The notes beneath the pieces were generated by a model. The model made no database searches, was not told where the DNA came from, and saw only the letters and a program-made list of their open reading frames with translations. A DNA stretch of 64,000 nt. Origin: Psilocybe cubensis. Lineage: Eukaryota. Position 1 is the stretch's first letter. Each line of letters begins with the position of its first letter. Positions 59,034-64,000 of this stretch are shown here, in pieces. Where the stretch lies: NCBI GenBank assembly GCA_017499595.2, contig CM039001.1, positions 2,790,001 to 2,854,000 of the forward strand, written 5' to 3'. Position numbers and translations under genes: made by a program.

Positions 59034-60331
59034 CAGTGGGCAAAAAAACCGTTTGAGTGTTGGTCATGTATGAAAAGATTAATTTATAACTTTGAAATTA
59101 AAAATGTTAAAAATATGAGATTATTCACAGGTATACTAGAGGGTATTAGCTAAAGGATGGCACACTGATCATGTGATTTTTCCAAGAATTGACCAAACAG
59201 GAGCATATACAGTTTGCTAAGTCATTCGAATAGTTTTTTGGCTAAACACTTGAATATCAATAAATCATATCTACTAGTACTTTGTATGTCCACCCTTGGC
59301 CTTAATCACTGCTGCACACCTTCTAGGCATGCTAGCAATCAAATTCTGCACCACTTTCTTGGGTATTCTATTCCATTTCTTCTCAATCCTCTTCCAAAGT
59401 TCATGGATACCCTTTGGTAGGACTTCATATTTATTAAGTCTTCTTTTGAGGTATTCCCATAGATGTTCAATGGGGTTGAGATCTGGAGATTGTGCAGGCC
59501 ATATGAGGACCCTAAAATTCTGCTCTTCAAACTATTTCTTGGCCAATTTTGAGGTGTACTTGGGGTCATTGTCTTGCTGAAAGTGGATATCTTCTACCTG
59601 TTGACCATACCACTCCAAGGATTTTAGGAGCTCATCACCTAGGATCTCAGTGTATAACTGAGCATCCATCTTTCCATCAATTCTAGTGGCAAATCCAATT
59701 CCTTCCCATCCCATACAACCCCACATCATCAAGTTTCCTCCTCCAAACTTTACAGTTTGCTTGATCCTCCTGGGGTCCTGTCTGTTTTCCTTGTCTATCC
59801 ACACCTGATCTCTGCCATCTGAACCCAATCTGTTGATTTTGATCTCATCTGACCACCAAACCCTTGCCCAGTTGTGATAGAACCAGCACTAGCTCCAGTC
59901 TGGGCCTTGATAGAGGCATAGGAGTGACCAGAAGTAAGAAGAGAGACAATAGTAGCAATGATTGCTTTAGAGAGGGGTTTCATGCTTGATTGGGGGGATA
60001 AAGAGGTTGGTTGTAGCTATTATATACCTATTCAACATGTAGTCACATGATTTTATTGATAGTTGTTTGGTATATCAACAAAGTCATGTGATAATACATA
60101 GTTTATAGCATTTAAATTACTAGCAAAAAAACTGTTCAAATGACTTAGTAAATTGTGTATGCTGCTGTTTGGTCAATTCTTGGACAAATCACATGATCAG
60201 TGTGTCATCCTTTAGCTAACGCCATATAGTATATCTGTGAATAATCTCATATTTTTAACATTTTTAATTTTAAAGTTATAAATTAATCTTTTCATACGTG
60301 ACCAATACTCAAACGGTTTTTTTGCCCACTG
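59034..60331 (-). mobile_element. Internally deleted Tc1/mariner element
   Basis: TA|CAGTGGGCAAAA...TTTTGCCCACTG|TA with ~210-bp TIRs. Transposase remnant 59274-59983 with WSDE, FQQDNDPKY, WPAQSPDLNPIEHLW and KGGHTKY; the HTH region is deleted and there is one stop. Confidence 0.93.
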
Positions 60332-60333
60332 TA

Positions 60334-63300
60334 AGTATGTATATTTGCTTTAAACAATTGTATAAATGCAATACATATCTTTAAAATAATCTACATAGAG
60401 AAGAACACCTTGATTATGAGGCTAATAAAAAGGGATTGGATGTGCAACACAATATAACTATATCACTACTTATACTTCACCAAAATGCACATATTTTACA
60501 TTTACAGATAGCTATTAAGGTTTTCTACATATTATATTCATGGTGCCAAATGGCCAAAATGCTTCACAAGATGGTATAAGAAGAATAAGCAATATTATCC
60601 AAAAATACCAAAAAAGCAAGATATAATGGGTAAGACAACATTCAAAACATACAAAAATAATACATCTATGTAGGCCTAAATTATACCTATATTTGGTATA
60701 TAAAATCATCGAATTCCAATGAGTATGAGTGGAGATATGTCAAAATGTATCTTGGAAAAAGGCCAAAGAGGTCACCACAAACAAAGCATAAATAAAGGCC
60801 AATATTCATCCAGGTCTCTGATGGGTTCCTCAACATCTTTCTTTCCATATCTCAACAACCACTAGTCCAATACACAAAATTCTTAATGTTTTAAAAAGCT
60901 ACACTTTGGGGCTATACTATTATGCTTTTATATTTTCTGATCATGATTATTTATATATAGTAAAGACAAAAATACTATGCATTTTGATAAAGAATAGTGT
61001 TATCTTTGCAGTATCTCATCTACTATATAGATCATTTTGCATTTTGGAAATAATATTTAAAGGGCATTTATAGGTATCTATAGACGTTAAAAATATGATT
61101 TATAGCAAAGTATTTGTAAAGATATGGCCTGATTAATAATTTACCATACCTCTCCTTATATTCACCTTTAATCAGTATGTTGCCTTACTACAGAGGATTT
61201 TAAAGGGAAAGTATTGAGCTCTATATACTCTAAGTGGTAGATATACATGTTTATTAGTAGTTTGAAGACCTATTCTATGCTATAATAAAATACACAAAAT
61301 CTGGTGAGGATAGAAAGTAATATCATTTAATCTTAAAATTTGATTAAGATTGAGGGCTCTAAAAATTGATATAATGGATGTCCAACCAACCCTAGCTGGG
61401 CCTAAATTTATCTGATCAGGAAGGCATTCATACAAGGAGTAGAAAGAGCAGTAGAATGCATATTCTAATTTAATAGATTCTACTGCTCCAATTAAGCTAA
61501 AACTTAATATGTACTCCTCTAACATAAATAAAAAAAAATGGCATAGTCAAAATGGTGCATACTAGCCTCTGAAGGGTGCTATTTAAGGTGTGTTTTTTGA
61601 CCAGAACATTGTATGCTTAATTGTGCAATACTGAATACAGATATTAAAATTTTGATTTTAGATTTGGATTGGTTAGATTGGAGCATATTAAAACTATAGG
61701 ACTACTAAAAAATACCAAGGGAAATGGTCTAGAAATGCCCCCAAAAGCGCCTAATTCATTGTCAGAAATATATAAAAGTAGCATAGGATGAGCTTTATTT
61801 ATAGAGCTCAGGACCAAGAGAAGGGATAGGAACAGAGCCCTGATCTAATGGCTGTTAGTCTTAATTCTAATATATTTAGTCCAAGTTTCTGAACCATAAA
61901 TAGTGCTAGATTCTTGCCTAATCATAGATAAAATTAATTATACTAGTTAAATGAAATAAATTTATAATAAAAGTACACCACAATGAAATCAATTCATGCT
62001 AATAAAATTGCACCATAATGAAATCAATTTTTAATGAAAGTGCACAGAAATAAATTGAATTAACACTAATGAAAGCATACCACAATGAAATGAATAACTT
62101 CTAATAAAAGTATGAGTTAGTAATTTAATAAAATGAAATAAGCTTTACTAGCAATAAAACAAATAAGATTAAAAAAACTGCCAGGTGTGTATAATGAAAT
62201 GAAACAGTACTACTGCAAGTATTCTATTGAAACAGTAAGGTAACTTAATAAAATGGTTTCAAAAATGTAAGGTAAGATAACAAATTCCTATATAACTAAT
62301 TATCTTAGATTTATAATATGGCTGGAAGCTACAAGTTAGGTATACATCCTTAAGCACCAAAAGGAGGATTTTGGCAGGTTATTCTTTCAGCCAGTTTAGA
62401 ACAAGCCTGCAACCATTAAATTGAAGTTTGGTAAAGCAAGAAGAAAAGGCAAAGGTACAGGCAAGAAAAGTAAGTGAAATAACATCATGCCTGATTTTCT
62501 GGACTGATAGATGAATAAAAAACAATAAAAATAATAAGGTACTAATTCTTATGAAGTTAGTTCAAAAGTATTTTGCCCAGTTTAAAAAGGCATATTCTGG
62601 AGGAAAACATATTAAGATACTCAAAACCTGGTGTTAGGCAAACTTACTGGATTCAAAGTCAAAAATTACTATTGCAAACCATATAACCTTATTTCATAAA
62701 TTTGTTGCAAAGTTGGAGGAACAAATAGGTTTTAAAGCTTTTTTATTAGTATTGGATGTTAATCCAAACTTTTTTCTCTTCTAATCTTTTTACTTCACTA
62801 TTATTGCAGATCCATTAAGCCTCTCTCTTATATAATATTGAGACGGCTTTTATTACAGCCAGCGGTATAATCCTAGAGGACAATATCATGCATCTAGGAT
62901 TTTCTGCAAATGCTAAGGATGTAATAATATTATCTTGTTCATTTTATCTATGGCTAATAAATTGCCTAGTTTTTTACCAACTGATTAAAAGTTTTGATAA
63001 ACAACCTTCTTGCCTATTTCAAAGCCCATATTAAATATGCTTATCTATATTTCACTTTATTAGTCAGTTTGAGCTAACAATTATCTGCACTAGCAACAAC
63101 TTATTGTTAGAACAAATTCCAAACTGTGATCCAGAAGAAGAGTCCAACTCAACAGATTTACTATTAAAAATAGCATTGCCTTCTAAGCCCAGATCCATAG
63201 ACAAAAAGACAACTAGCTAATAAATGGCTTGTTCTACTCATGTGTATGCAATAGTAAAAACTGGGCTTGCGTTGGATGAACCGTCTTTGCAGTTGGGCAT

Positions 63301-64000
63301 TGATTATTCTACACTTGACACTCTGAGAAATGAGTTTGCCATCTTGGCGTATAAGCATAGACTGTAGCTTTGATTGAAATCCAAAACCAAAAGTGGAAAA
63401 GAGTTTCTACAATTTGCATAAGGAGCAATATTAAGGCAGCTTCAATAGAAAAGCATCAATATCTATGGCTGGTCTGAAAATGTTTCATTCCCTACTAGCC
63501 ATGGGAAAGGAATTTCAAACCTCAAAGGTAAAGAACAAATTTTTCTTTTAAAGGCTATCCATTAAAGATTGAAGTTTGTGATTTGTTATAAGCTATAAAT
63601 ACACCTAACTTTCTTAAGAAAGGATGTTGTCTAGGATTTAAATAGATAAGAATTGTGTAGATAGTGAAGAGCAATGAAAACGAGATGGTAAGTAGTGAAT
63701 AGCCAGGTCTTTTGGGTACAATGGTGAATAATCCTTCAGAAAATGAAATGAAGCTGTGAAATTGGATGGCGGATATATAGGGAAAGCATAATGAAGATGT
63801 GTAGAATGCGTAGGAAAAATCAATTAAGATAAACCTTAGAGGGGTGGTCTGGAGAGGATTGGGGACATTTTAAGGGGAAATAAGAAGGTAACTGGAAGTA
63901 AGAATGTTGTTGAATGGCTGAATTTTGATAAATAAATAGTGAAGATGATAGATTCCTTAAATTGATAATTTTTCTAAAGCTTAGAATGAATTGGTACATT
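60334..64000. other. AT-rich, CpG-poor degenerate repeat debris without recognisable ORFs
   Basis: Low GC, only short spurious ORFs, and a diverged copy of the 54.7-54.9 kb sequence. Confidence 0.5.

Overview
Intron-rich fungal genomic DNA, probably from an agaricomycete. Bases 1-13.8 kb are a compact, GC-rich block of seven housekeeping genes: the 3' part of DBR1, a DUF2433-like/RRM protein, MED13, a BIG1/VOA1-like protein, an acyl-CoA dehydrogenase, a HEM25-like carrier and a PCP1-like rhomboid. The last six form three head-to-head pairs. The remaining ~50 kb is a nested transposon field. An old, decayed Ty3/Gypsy element is split inside its RT catalytic motif by an 18.6 kb Plavaka/CACTA-like DNA transposon (20179-38744), which itself carries a young, apparently CpG-free, self-priming chromovirus (25732-32107). 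The same old Gypsy is split again by a Mutator-like element (41867-53407), which carries a young Copia (44144-50378). Copia relics, a foldback element, a deleted Tc1 and AT-rich debris complete the window. The most striking signal is inside the Plavaka element. It encodes four genes. Two are directly preceded by a shared upstream motif and by arrays of 6 and 8 hairpins with an invariant GGC-UCAUU-GC head on stems that covary in the 8-unit array. The third is preceded by a 97-bp repeat whose hairpin loop reads UGAUU in that gene's sense. This suggests an element-internal RNA-hairpin regulatory system (inference). All calls come from reading the sequence by eye; no database searches were run.
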